From a virus: DNA of 64,000 nt. The notes below the pieces were generated by a model that was given only the letters and a program-made list of their open reading frames with translations, had not been told where the DNA came from and searched no databases. Positions within the stretch are counted from its first letter, which is position 1. Every line of letters starts with the position of its first letter. Position numbers and translations under genes: made by a program. Shown piece after piece: positions 30,817 to 40,668 of the stretch. Location: the IMG/VR virus record IMGVR_UViG_3300026076_000001. One strand, written 5' to 3'.

Positions 30817-31020
30817 TTAGCTATCTGAGAGTGGGGCGTAGATTGTTTCATCTGACGCTTCATTGCGACATAGTTCTACGACCCGAAGGAATGCTTCATA
30901 GTCATCAGAACAGTCAATTGTATTGCTCTCACCTTCATCAGAATAAATCCTGACGCAACGTGATTCCACGTCTACAACAACTTTGTTCAGATAGTCCTCA
31001 GTCATCTCTGACCTTCCCAT
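30817..31020 (-). CDS. Small acidic hypothetical protein
   Basis: Fills the intergenic space. A TTGAAT-17-TATACT promoter-like sequence with an extended TG lies upstream. The start may be the internal MTEDY. Confidence 0.65.
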   Translation of the reverse strand: MGRSEMTEDYLNKVVVDVESRCVRIYSDEGESNTIDCSDDYEAFLRVVELCRNEASDETIYAPLSDS

Positions 31021-31050
31021 ACGTGTTCTCAGTATAGCACAGTTGTCAAG

Positions 31051-31959
31051 TCAATTCAAGAAAACTGTGGCTCCCGCAATAGTTACGTTAGAGGACGCTG
31101 TTATAGTAGCATTAACTCCTGCTGCCATTGTAATGGTACCAGCACCTGCTGTAGTTACAGAGTTACCTGCTGCCACGTTAGTTACAGAGTTACCTACTGT
31201 AACAGTCTTGACATCATTACCTAGCATAATCTTCTCTATCCTACCTGTACCACCCTTCTGACCAATCAAACTCTGGGTTGCTGCTGTTTGACCTGCCATA
31301 GCAGGTAGTGGTGGTACGGGTATCATACCTCCAATCTTGGTGTTAGATCTACCTCCTATAGTAGTTAGGTGATCACCCTTAATACTGTGGATCATATGAC
31401 CCTTACTCTTAATATGGAAGGTACCTCTAGGATCAGTCATAGCAAGAGTTCTCTCACCGTGGATCTCATCAGTAACAGGACCACTAACAGTACTCTTCTT
31501 CATATCTGTGTTCTCTTCTATCCTAGGAGTATCAATGGATAGTTTTGCTTTAGCACCGAGACCTATTGCTTGTCCAGCGTGTATCTCTACGTTCTGTCCA
31601 GCTACAATCTTTACGTTACCTTCTGAACCTAACTTGAGATCTCCCTGAGAGTGTGCATTAATATCTCCATCAACTTCTACAGATGCATCACCACATATTT
31701 CTATATCAGCATTCTGACGAATCTTAACCATTGCGTCACCCCAGACGCTAACCTTCATCTTACCAGCATTTTTGTTGTCAGCAGGTACCTTTACTGCACA
31801 TATCTGAACCGATCCATCAGCATCTAGGAAGATATGATGTCCTTCCTTATGCTTGAGAATCATATAAGAATCATCTTTGTGATCACATTCTTGTTGTAAG
31901 TGACCACCTCCAGAGATTCTAGTAAAGGTATTGTTAAGTTGTTCTTCAGAATATGCCAT
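31051..31959 (-). CDS. gp5-like C-terminal beta-helix/spike protein
   Basis: Start at 31959 (MAYSEEQ, TAATG overlap). H..GH.I.LD.DGSV, periodic V.GD/I.GD repeats, ends TIAGATVFLN. Confidence 0.75.
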   Translation of the reverse strand: MAYSEEQLNNTFTRISGGGHLQQECDHKDDSYMILKHKEGHHIFLDADGSVQICAVKVPADNKNAGKMKVSVWGDAMVKIRQNADIEICGDASVEVDGDINAHSQGDLKLGSEGNVKIVAGQNVEIHAGQAIGLGAKAKLSIDTPRIEENTDMKKSTVSGPVTDEIHGERTLAMTDPRGTFHIKSKGHMIHSIKGDHLTTIGGRSNTKIGGMIPVPPLPAMAGQTAATQSLIGQKGGTGRIEKIMLGNDVKTVTVGNSVTNVAAGNSVTTAGAGTITMAAGVNATITASSNVTIAGATVFLN

Positions 31960-34900
31960 TAGGGACAATCAACATAATTAGCAGGGTCAGCAGCAAGTCC
32001 CTGTATGATGAGGTTAGATTCCTCCGCAGGAACACACTGTAGATCAGCAATTGCTTTAGCACCAAACCCATTGCCACCAAAGATTTGTATCTTAGGTGTA
32101 TAAGTATACTGCATATCTTTTCTAATCAATTCAACACCAGTAACATATCCCTGTGCACTTATTGTAGCACGTGCAATGCCAGATGCACCATCAACTAATA
32201 CTCTAGGAGCTTCAGTATAAAGTCCACCAACATTAGTGAGGAATATATTAACCAACTGACATACAGTTGTATCAGGTCTAGTCTGTCCAGTATATCCAAA
32301 ACCAGGATTAATGACTCTTACTCTTGACAAATAACCCTGACTATTAATAATAGGTTCAACATAAGCACCATAACCTACGTTACTCTCCAATGTAATGAAT
32401 GGTTTAGAAATATATCTACGTCCAGATTTCTTAACTTCAATGTCAATAATACCACCAGTATCAGAATCTATGATTGGATAATCAAACTCTGGTGCATCAT
32501 CAGGGATATCAATATCTGTTTCACCTTCAGAAGGTGTCTCTTGTTCCATAGAAATGACAACAGTAGCTTGAGCACCGTACTCATCTATAGAGAAGATCAT
32601 ATTCTCTTGATCCTCTACTGTATTATCTTCTAAAACATTGACTATCATCTCTGCTCTGTTCTCTTCAATGTATAGGTTACCAGTAAGAGGTTCTTTAATA
32701 TCACTTTGTGTTATGTTAGTACCAAAGATAGTGTAAGTTAATAGTTCTCCTTGATCGAAGTTAGTAGTAGTAATAACATACCTGACAGCACCACCCTCTC
32801 TTACAGATGCTCTGTCTGGTGTGATAGTAACAGTTCTGGTAGAAGGATCAGCAACTCCTTGTATAGCATCCAGTACAGCAACACCTTTAGATGTGCTGAG
32901 ATTATTCAACTCAATATATAATTGTTCTGCTACTTGATTAGTATCCTCTACAACACCATCATCAAGTAACTTAATAGTAACTTCTGCCTTACCATTTTCT
33001 ATCGTGAAACTGCGTAGCATATCAGTCTCACCTGTTATCCAACTCTTCTCACCAGATTCTATAACATATTCTAAATCTGAATAGGTGATACCAGTAGTCT
33101 CTCTTCCAATAGTATAGTTAACAGTAGTACCATCAGATACATTACTTGTATCAAGTCTGAATGTAACCTCTGCTCCTTCATAGACTACCTCTTTATCACT
33201 ACTCAAATGATATACAGGGTTAGTTGTCGTGATAGTAGGTCCCGTTGATACTAAACCAATATCAGGTACGGTAATGGTTGGGACATCTTGGATAGCAAGA
33301 GGATCCTTAATCCATATACGTGCTACATCTTTGAGTACCTTACCACAACCATCGTGCTTAATCTTCATAAAGAAGTACTTGGATCCATCTCTGACTCCAT
33401 TGTTTAAAGTCTTAACTTCAATGGTCTTCTCTGTCTCTCCAACACCAAATCCTATGTAACCATTGGTAGGACAATAAGTTTCAGTAGCCCTAGCAGTTCC
33501 ATCCTGTGTTCTATAGGTAAAGGCACTAGTAGTTGATGTGTCACCTCCTCTAACGACTCTAACGTATGCAGTATCTCCTTCGTGCACCGCTTCAGTCTCA
33601 GGAATATCTAATACTTTAAATGTTCTTGCATTACATATAGCTGATGCAATGTCTTCGTAATCTATACCATTTATATCTCCGTCCACAACATCTGTGGTTC
33701 CTCCATCAGTACCACTATCAGGTACTGTTGGACCCCAGATACCAACTTCAGTAGTAGGTTCTGGATCTGTAGTAGCATCACCACAATAAGAATCAATAGG
33801 AAGATGATTACCTGACTCTAATGCTGCTAGTAATTCATCAAGAGTATTGAACCCACCCTTTAATCCTTCGTAACTACCTCTCTTTGAATCAACTTTCTTA
33901 GGGTTAGCACACTTCTTCTTACCAGTACAAGAGATGCCTAGCATCTTTAAGATACCTGCTAGTCCACCACCAATAACATCTAACGCACCACCAATAGCTC
34001 CAAGTACTTTAGATATACCACCAAACAATCCATTAATAAGACCAGTAATCTCACCGAGAATGTTACCGAAGATAGCATCAGTGAACCTCTTGACTTGGCA
34101 CATACTCCAGTTGACTATGTTACCAACATATCCCATCAAGATATTCTCTGCGAACTTCATCATTCTGTCACCGATATCCATCATAGAACAACCAATACGC
34201 TCTAGCATTTGGTTGAACCACTCAGTAACAGGTGTCAGGATTCCAGGTAAAGGAGCAAGGATGGCTTTCATTAATGCCTTCACTGCTTTACGCAGCATTG
34301 CCATCAACTCACCAGCAATACGAGTCATTGCTGCTGATATAATCTTCTTTACTCTATCAATGTATCCTGTAGCAACATCCTTTAGATCAAATAATCTACG
34401 ACTATACTTACTAATATAATATGATCCTATGTTACCATTAGTATGTTGTAGAGTAGCAAAGAACTCTGACAAGATATTCTCGACTGCTGAAGATGGATTC
34501 TCTGGACAGTCTACTGACGCACGTCTAACTGTAAACGTACCCTGAGGGTTAGCAATAGATGCTTCATCTCTCAACCCATTAGCACTATCCGATCCAAATT
34601 CTGTGGCTAATCGACCTAGAGGTAGAGTACCTCCATCCACACATTTAGTTTCACTTGGTACGTGATTGGCTGGATCAGGATCAGTTCCATCATCCTCATC
34701 CTGAATAATAACTTTTGATAATGGTATTACCTTATCACCTGTTGAAGCAGGTTTTTCATCAGATGCACACGCAACACCTTGTGAAGCACTAAGAAGAACT
34801 ATACCTTGAGTAACATCACCACCAAGAAACTTTACAATAACTCTATGACCTTTCTTAAGGTTATGTGAGTTAGAAGAAGTAAAAGCACCACCAGAAGCAG

Positions 34901-35096
34901 TGACTGGCATTCCAACTTCAAACCAAGGAAGATCCTTGGTTGGTGGAACGCCAACCCTGTCATCTCCTTCTCCCTCATACTCGTGCACGCCAATGACACG
35001 TACCCTGACCCTACTACCTTTCTTAGGGTCTTTTGTGTCTTCGACTATGCCTTCATAGAGATCAAAGGCTTCTTTAGCAGTGGTTCTAATCGTCAT
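31959..35096 (-). CDS. gp5: gp5 N-terminal (OB-fold) baseplate hub protein with Calx-beta domains
   Basis: EGIVEDTKDPKKGSRVRVRVIG...LPW...P.T...G.RV.V.F OB-fold; Calx-beta-like repeats; no lysozyme motif seen. Confidence 0.8.
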   Translation of the reverse strand: MTIRTTAKEAFDLYEGIVEDTKDPKKGSRVRVRVIGVHEYEGEGDDRVGVPPTKDLPWFEVGMPVTASGGAFTSSNSHNLKKGHRVIVKFLGGDVTQGIVLLSASQGVACASDEKPASTGDKVIPLSKVIIQDEDDGTDPDPANHVPSETKCVDGGTLPLGRLATEFGSDSANGLRDEASIANPQGTFTVRRASVDCPENPSSAVENILSEFFATLQHTNGNIGSYYISKYSRRLFDLKDVATGYIDRVKKIISAAMTRIAGELMAMLRKAVKALMKAILAPLPGILTPVTEWFNQMLERIGCSMMDIGDRMMKFAENILMGYVGNIVNWSMCQVKRFTDAIFGNILGEITGLINGLFGGISKVLGAIGGALDVIGGGLAGILKMLGISCTGKKKCANPKKVDSKRGSYEGLKGGFNTLDELLAALESGNHLPIDSYCGDATTDPEPTTEVGIWGPTVPDSGTDGGTTDVVDGDINGIDYEDIASAICNARTFKVLDIPETEAVHEGDTAYVRVVRGGDTSTTSAFTYRTQDGTARATETYCPTNGYIGFGVGETEKTIEVKTLNNGVRDGSKYFFMKIKHDGCGKVLKDVARIWIKDPLAIQDVPTITVPDIGLVSTGPTITTTNPVYHLSSDKEVVYEGAEVTFRLDTSNVSDGTTVNYTIGRETTGITYSDLEYVIESGEKSWITGETDMLRSFTIENGKAEVTIKLLDDGVVEDTNQVAEQLYIELNNLSTSKGVAVLDAIQGVADPSTRTVTITPDRASVREGGAVRYVITTTNFDQGELLTYTIFGTNITQSDIKEPLTGNLYIEENRAEMIVNVLEDNTVEDQENMIFSIDEYGAQATVVISMEQETPSEGETDIDIPDDAPEFDYPIIDSDTGGIIDIEVKKSGRRYISKPFITLESNVGYGAYVEPIINSQGYLSRVRVINPGFGYTGQTRPDTTVCQLVNIFLTNVGGLYTEAPRVLVDGASGIARATISAQGYVTGVELIRKDMQYTYTPKIQIFGGNGFGAKAIADLQCVPAEESNLIIQGLAADPANYVDCP

Positions 35097-35313
35097 ATAT
35101 TAAACATTCTGGCTCATCTGGATGCATCTCACAGAAAAGTTCAATAGCATTGGGATCGTGATGATCACCTGCTACTATCTCATCGTGATGATGCTCTTCA
35201 TACACTTCTAGTTCGTGCAACTCTTCTTTAATGTGCCTACGTGCAGCAGGACTTGTTTGGGGATCATCGAGGATCTCCTTATCCTTTTGGATGTGTTCTT
35301 CTATACTGTTCAT
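35086..35313 (-). CDS. cp12: Cyanophage CP12 (Calvin cycle inhibitor)
   Basis: C-terminal ELFCEMHPDEPECLIYDD (C-x8-C, YDD); no N-terminal Cys pair, as in phage CP12. CTAAATA late-promoter-like site at 35336-35342. Confidence 0.93.
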   Translation of the reverse strand: MNSIEEHIQKDKEILDDPQTSPAARRHIKEELHELEVYEEHHHDEIVAGDHHDPNAIELFCEMHPDEPECLIYDD

Positions 35314-35334
35314 AGAGTTTACCGTCCGTTAAAC

Positions 35335-35556
35335 TTATTTAGTTCCTATATTAGTGACTTCTACGTCTGTTTGTCCACCTTTGTCAGAACTATCATACGT
35401 TTCTATCTTTTTCTTGAGTTGCTCAAGTACAAGAGCGAGCTGTCCATACAGCTTAACTCTCATTGTTTCATCCTCCTCATTCTCAATCTTCTTAAGAATA
35501 GTATAAGCTCCTTGAGTTATCTCTGGAGGATATGCATCTAAAAATGAAGTGTCCAT
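35335..35556 (-). CDS. Hypothetical protein (73 aa)
   Basis: TAATG-coupled start at 35556; helical charged sequence. Confidence 0.6.
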   Translation of the reverse strand: MDTSFLDAYPPEITQGAYTILKKIENEEDETMRVKLYGQLALVLEQLKKKIETYDSSDKGGQTDVEVTNIGTK

Positions 35557-36944
35557 TAGCAATTTTTATTGAGGGTATCCCTGACAAGAGTCAAGGCGGT
35601 ATAACATTCCTGTTTAGGAACCATAGAAAAGAAGTGCCTTATCTTAAAGACAAGATAATGACCGCTTAGTTCCTTATCATATGTATCTGCTTCCACTTTA
35701 GAATCAGTTCGTGAGTCACGGAGATATAGTTTCACCTTATCTCCAGCACTCAAGTACTGGTTGCCAGGTATTGTCAGATTACTTTGTGCCATAAACATTG
35801 TAGCATACCTTGCGTGATATTGCACGATTGTTTCCTCATCCCAATCTTGAAATTGAGCAGTCTGACTGTTCTCACCATCACCTATCTGACCTGGCTCTGC
35901 TGGATCTTCCTCGTCGTGGAACTTCTCGTGACTTATCTCAAGTAAGAAAGTCTTAGTGACTTTCTCAAAATTTAAGACCTCCTGAACAAGATTTGAATCA
36001 TCCCAAGGATCATTACCAGGAAGCCTTGCTATATGACCCCAACTATCCCAATGATCTCTAATATCCCACGTTCTCTTATGATAAGTCTTCTTGTCTATAT
36101 TATAAAGAACTACATTAGCTTTAAAGACCCCATCATCAACCATCTTCTTACAGTCACCTCTCTTACCCACAGAAAAGTTACTAATGACTAACTGTGCTGG
36201 TACATCTACCATCGTTGCATTATCTGTCTCATAATATTCATACTCCGCATCTGATCCCTTATGATCACCTCCAACAGCAAGAAGACTATCAATAGATTTA
36301 AAGTGTAGACTATAGGTATCTTTATTACCTATCAAATTTTTCTTAGTACCCCATAAGAAATACCCACAGGTATTCATAGCCTTACCAGATGCAGGTATTG
36401 ATTGAGCTAATACCTCGTGCACAAGAGCAGTCAACTTTTTCTTAGTACCAGCTTGGAGTACCAAATTATTAAATGGTTCGTTACCATCTGTTACTATATC
36501 AAGAGGAGCATAATCACCTGCAACCTTATCATTACTGAAGAGTTCCTTAAGAATCTTTAAAGGAGTACCACGATGTGATTCTTTACTCTTAAACTTACTA
36601 ATCTTTGCAGACTGAGGTACTACCAAGTTACAGGTGTGTAATTTAGCACCGTCTTTACTTTCAGTCTTAACTTTATCGATCTCAAATGTATGAGTCCACA
36701 CGTCATCATCAGAGTGTGCTGTAGTAATCAACTCAATTTCTATTGTCTGTCCATTCTTAACATTCAACTCAGTCTTGAGATCACTGAATGTAATAGTTGC
36801 TGTAGGATTAAGACTATCTAAGCTCTCATAATAATTGAAGTTAATTAAACCACCATTGATTTCAAACTTCTTATCATTGTGATGAGTGAGAGTAAGTTTA
36901 TTCAGCTGCCAATCAGTAGCACCCTTATTTACTGTATCTGCCAT
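35556..36944 (-). CDS. Baseplate hub/tail protein (gp27-like)
   Basis: INFNYYESLDS.....TITFSD, GYFLW, LTIPGN..LSAGD.V, LSGHYLV..I.H.F....YT.L.L.RD; position in the hub module. Confidence 0.7.
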   Translation of the reverse strand: MADTVNKGATDWQLNKLTLTHHNDKKFEINGGLINFNYYESLDSLNPTATITFSDLKTELNVKNGQTIEIELITTAHSDDDVWTHTFEIDKVKTESKDGAKLHTCNLVVPQSAKISKFKSKESHRGTPLKILKELFSNDKVAGDYAPLDIVTDGNEPFNNLVLQAGTKKKLTALVHEVLAQSIPASGKAMNTCGYFLWGTKKNLIGNKDTYSLHFKSIDSLLAVGGDHKGSDAEYEYYETDNATMVDVPAQLVISNFSVGKRGDCKKMVDDGVFKANVVLYNIDKKTYHKRTWDIRDHWDSWGHIARLPGNDPWDDSNLVQEVLNFEKVTKTFLLEISHEKFHDEEDPAEPGQIGDGENSQTAQFQDWDEETIVQYHARYATMFMAQSNLTIPGNQYLSAGDKVKLYLRDSRTDSKVEADTYDKELSGHYLVFKIRHFFSMVPKQECYTALTLVRDTLNKNC

Positions 36945-36947
36945 AGT

Positions 36948-39758
36948 TTATTGGTGCGTAAAAATGAGTCCACCATCACTCACAGGAGATGCAGTATCTA
37001 GTACCATACCAGTAGCAGTTGGTGAAGTCTCACCACTGCCAGTTCCAGTACCTGTGCCTGTGCCTGTACCAGTAGTAGTAATACCACCTCTATTATGTGA
37101 ATTGTTGGAACTGGTATTATTGTTGAGTGCAGTCGTATTGTCCTGAACACTGGTATCAGCAGTAATTTGGTTGTTTCTAGTGTTAGTGGTAACGTTAATG
37201 TTATCTAAGTTATTGCTAGTACCAGTTTTTGTTGCTTCTATAGTAGATGAACCTCTCTTGAATGGATCTGCCAAACTATATCCAAAATCTCTTGGGTCTT
37301 TAAGACTAGGTCCACCACGTCCCACGTGTGCTTCTACAGTACCAACTTCCCAATGTAAATGTGGTCCTGATGATCCACCAGTGTTACCTAACTTACCTAC
37401 AAAAGTACCTGCTCCAAAGACCTTACCCATTTGTAATGGGGATTTCTGCTGCATATGACCATACAAATGAGTAAGATCATCATCTTGAGTAGTAAAGGTA
37501 ATCCAGTTACCATATCCAGAAGGATCAAATCCATTACCAGTAATCTTAGCTCTATCAGGGAGGAACATAGGTTGTCCACCATAGTCACCCTTAAATCCTA
37601 TGTCAATACCGTGGTGATTAGGTCTATGTTCTGATCTAAATCCAGAAGTAAGTACGGGTGATAGTTTAGTGGGTTGAACGGTATCAGCACTACCACCATA
37701 GGCTCCACCAACAGCACTATTAGTTTGACCTCCACCTATACCCATAGCCATATTACCACCGCCTTCCTTGCGATCTTCCCTACCTTCTTCTGTCGGGAAT
37801 GCGGTGTTAGTATTATCAACAAACTCGTTGATGTTACCTATGATATCACCCTGAGCCATCTCACCCAGTTGTGACTTCATCTGCTTTATCTTCTTTGCTC
37901 CAGGTACCCAATCAGGTACCCAATCTATTATTCTACCTACCAGACCCATCATACCTTTCACTACAGCTACGATAGCCTGAACTACTTTACCTATAATCTG
38001 TACTACCCATTGAATAGTCTTAAAGACCATCTGTAGTACTGGTACCAAAGTTTTAATCAATACCTTGGCAATGATACCAACAATTCTACCAATATTTTTT
38101 AATGCTGTTATAAATCCACCCTGACCATCACCATCTCCTCCAATACCAAAGGACTCAGCCATACCATTCAATGCATTACCTATACCCTCAGTCATTTCAT
38201 TCCAAGTATTCATCACAGGTCTGAAGGTCTCACCCCAATCAAATCCTTTAAAGACAGAACCAATACCTTCACCTAAGAATTTACCTAGGTTCTCACCTAA
38301 CCAAGCACCGAGTGCAGCACCAATAGGACCAGCAACGGCGAAACCAAGTACAGTACCAGCACCAGCACCTATACCAGCACCAGCAGACCTACTAATAATT
38401 TTGTTCTTGTCTTTCTGTAACGAACCATCTCTTAAACCTGCTACAACCTGTTCCTTCGACATATTATTTTCTTCCATCAAGCGAGCGATCTCTTCATCAT
38501 TCGCTTCCATTGCACCAAATCCAGCACTAAGAAATGATCCTAGTATAGGTACCTTACCCAGTCCAGCTCTGGCATTTTTTATCATACCACCAGTCTTTGT
38601 TAATATATTACCAGCACCACTGACACCACCACTAAGAGCACCTGGTATACCTTTAATTAAATTACCTATTCCTTGTAAACCCTTAGCAGATAAATTTTTC
38701 AAGGCAGGACCAATTCCTTGCAAGAATTTTCCAAAAGAAGATAGACCCTTAGTAAAGAACTGCGTAATAGTATTAAGATTGATGCTCTTAATTGACTTGA
38801 GCAAATTGCTCATCGAATTAAGTATACTTTGTATGGCAGTAGAAGCCTTACCAGGTAATGATTTTAATAGTTGTGGTATTCCTTGAACTGTTGCTCTTAT
38901 ATTCTGACCAGCCTGTTGAGCAGGGTTACTAGCTAACCGTAACTGTTCTGCTAGGTTGAACTTACCCATCCTAGGCAGTCCAGAAGTACCCTCAAGTAAT
39001 GACTTGTTAGCTAGTTGTGCTGGTGATAGTTGACCTGTTAATCCACCCCAAAAATTACTAGTATTAGTTGCTCCCGTACTGATAAAATTCTTTGCGTTAG
39101 TTAAACCTTGGGTTGCTCTAAATCCAAATGGTAATCGAGGACCAACAAATGGTGTACCTAAACGTTGTCCAGCATTTACTACATCATCACCAAAGTTTCT
39201 AATTAACTGACCACCTCTAGATTTAGTTGCATCAAAGCCCTTTCTACCCCACTGTCCTTGTCTCCATACATTAGTCTTATTCCAGTCTTGCTTCCACATC
39301 TGGTTGAAACCCATCACCCCGTGACGAGTATCAAGTTGATTGAAACTAGGTCTTGCACTTAATGCCTGGTTCGTGAGTCTTCTTAGTATCTCAGGACCAA
39401 ATAATAAACCTAACAGTCCTAAGTTTCTTAGGTTAACTGCTGGTAAATTAAACCTACCACTACCACCTGGACCACCACCAGATTTCTGACCTAATCTAAA
39501 TCCTTGCTGCTCTATCTCATTCTCTTGAGCCTGCATCTTACGCAGGGTTATCATCTTCTTCTCTAATTGAAGACGTTTACCATCAAGTTTTAATTGTTCC
39601 CGTTGAGTCCTAACTAAATCACTAAGCAAACTGTTAGTGATCATCTGCTGTTTTAATTGGGCAGCACCGATCGATTTATCCTTGGTAGAACCAAAGATAG
39701 CAGCTTTTATACGACTGGAATCTCCAGTTCCTCCAAAGGTTTTTGATATGTCAGCCAT
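36948..39758 (-). CDS. Tape-measure/gp29-like protein with a C-terminal M23 peptidase domain
   Basis: Long Gly/Ala amphipathic helical region; HHGID...GYGNW...LYGHM...GKLGNTGGSSGPHLHWEV. Confidence 0.85.
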   Translation of the reverse strand: MADISKTFGGTGDSSRIKAAIFGSTKDKSIGAAQLKQQMITNSLLSDLVRTQREQLKLDGKRLQLEKKMITLRKMQAQENEIEQQGFRLGQKSGGGPGGSGRFNLPAVNLRNLGLLGLLFGPEILRRLTNQALSARPSFNQLDTRHGVMGFNQMWKQDWNKTNVWRQGQWGRKGFDATKSRGGQLIRNFGDDVVNAGQRLGTPFVGPRLPFGFRATQGLTNAKNFISTGATNTSNFWGGLTGQLSPAQLANKSLLEGTSGLPRMGKFNLAEQLRLASNPAQQAGQNIRATVQGIPQLLKSLPGKASTAIQSILNSMSNLLKSIKSINLNTITQFFTKGLSSFGKFLQGIGPALKNLSAKGLQGIGNLIKGIPGALSGGVSGAGNILTKTGGMIKNARAGLGKVPILGSFLSAGFGAMEANDEEIARLMEENNMSKEQVVAGLRDGSLQKDKNKIISRSAGAGIGAGAGTVLGFAVAGPIGAALGAWLGENLGKFLGEGIGSVFKGFDWGETFRPVMNTWNEMTEGIGNALNGMAESFGIGGDGDGQGGFITALKNIGRIVGIIAKVLIKTLVPVLQMVFKTIQWVVQIIGKVVQAIVAVVKGMMGLVGRIIDWVPDWVPGAKKIKQMKSQLGEMAQGDIIGNINEFVDNTNTAFPTEEGREDRKEGGGNMAMGIGGGQTNSAVGGAYGGSADTVQPTKLSPVLTSGFRSEHRPNHHGIDIGFKGDYGGQPMFLPDRAKITGNGFDPSGYGNWITFTTQDDDLTHLYGHMQQKSPLQMGKVFGAGTFVGKLGNTGGSSGPHLHWEVGTVEAHVGRGGPSLKDPRDFGYSLADPFKRGSSTIEATKTGTSNNLDNINVTTNTRNNQITADTSVQDNTTALNNNTSSNNSHNRGGITTTGTGTGTGTGTGSGETSPTATGMVLDTASPVSDGGLIFTHQ

Positions 39759-39933
39759 TAGATTGGTTCTGCTGTCTTAATTTTTCCTCTTCAAGATGTT
39801 GTATTAATAGAGTCACATAGATCTCTCGTTCCCAAGGAAGTAAATTCTCTAATTCAGTCAGAGAATACTTGTGATGTTGCATAAGAGAGAAGTTAGTCCT
39901 GAAATAATTTTCAAGACTGTTATACGACATCAC
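39751..39933 (-). CDS. gp51: Baseplate hub assembly catalyst gp51
   Basis: SLENYFRTNFSLMQHHKYSLTELENLLPWEREIYVTLL. Confidence 0.9.
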   Translation of the reverse strand: MMSYNSLENYFRTNFSLMQHHKYSLTELENLLPWEREIYVTLLIQHLEEEKLRQQNQSNG

Positions 39934-40643
39934 GATCCGAAAAAAGCCGCTAGTCCCTCCAGTGTATACTCATTGTCAACGCCAGTGTTAGGGTTCTTCA
40001 CATTAAATGTGTGAGATAACTTAGGCATAGAAGTAAAGAACTTCTGTAAGTTTTCAAACTGCTTTGAAGTCAAACTATCTAGGAAGGCAGTTAATTCTTT
40101 CTTAGTTGCGTTACAAGCTTCGTGTACTTCATCACCTTCAATAATCTGTTCAATACACTGAGCGATAACATCAAATGCTTCTTCAGGTTTAGCTTGTGCA
40201 GAGAAATTACTCTTGACAAATGTATCTAGTTGAGGATACTTCATCTTAATAGTAATACTATCGGTGAGTTGTATCATATCACTAGCACCTTCAGGTTTAA
40301 TAACCTTCACGTCATCTAGATCAATTGCTACATCAACAACTGTTTCATTATCATCATTACAGGTAATCTTAAGATCCAATTGCTCACTCACAGATTTACC
40401 ACGGATTTGTAGGAACAAATACTCCAAGTCAAACATTGGAAGTTGTCGAACCTTTAGTCTACTCTGAATACAATTAGTAAGGAGAGTGACGACAGCATCA
40501 GTGATCTGTTTCTCATCTTCTGACTCCATAGCCATCAACAGTACCTTCTCTTCTTTAACTAAGAAGGGACGGAACTTAATTGTTTGACCAGTTGAAGGGA
40601 GTTCAGTGGTGTGAATAGGCACCTCAATTTTTGGTAAAGGCAT
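39930..40643 (-). CDS. gp26: Baseplate hub subunit gp26
   Basis: MPLPKI...LPSTG..IKFRPFLVKEEKVLL...FDLEYLFLQIRGKSV.E...LEGLAAFF. Confidence 0.93.
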   Translation of the reverse strand: MPLPKIEVPIHTTELPSTGQTIKFRPFLVKEEKVLLMAMESEDEKQITDAVVTLLTNCIQSRLKVRQLPMFDLEYLFLQIRGKSVSEQLDLKITCNDDNETVVDVAIDLDDVKVIKPEGASDMIQLTDSITIKMKYPQLDTFVKSNFSAQAKPEEAFDVIAQCIEQIIEGDEVHEACNATKKELTAFLDSLTSKQFENLQKFFTSMPKLSHTFNVKNPNTGVDNEYTLEGLAAFFGS

Positions 40644-40668
40644 AGTATGTTCAGTTCAGTATCTTTAT

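Noticed and set aside
37030-37085. (GT)n-encoding short tandem repeat in the tape-measure tail
   Set aside because: An in-frame low-complexity linker with degenerate codons; not a phase-variable tract.
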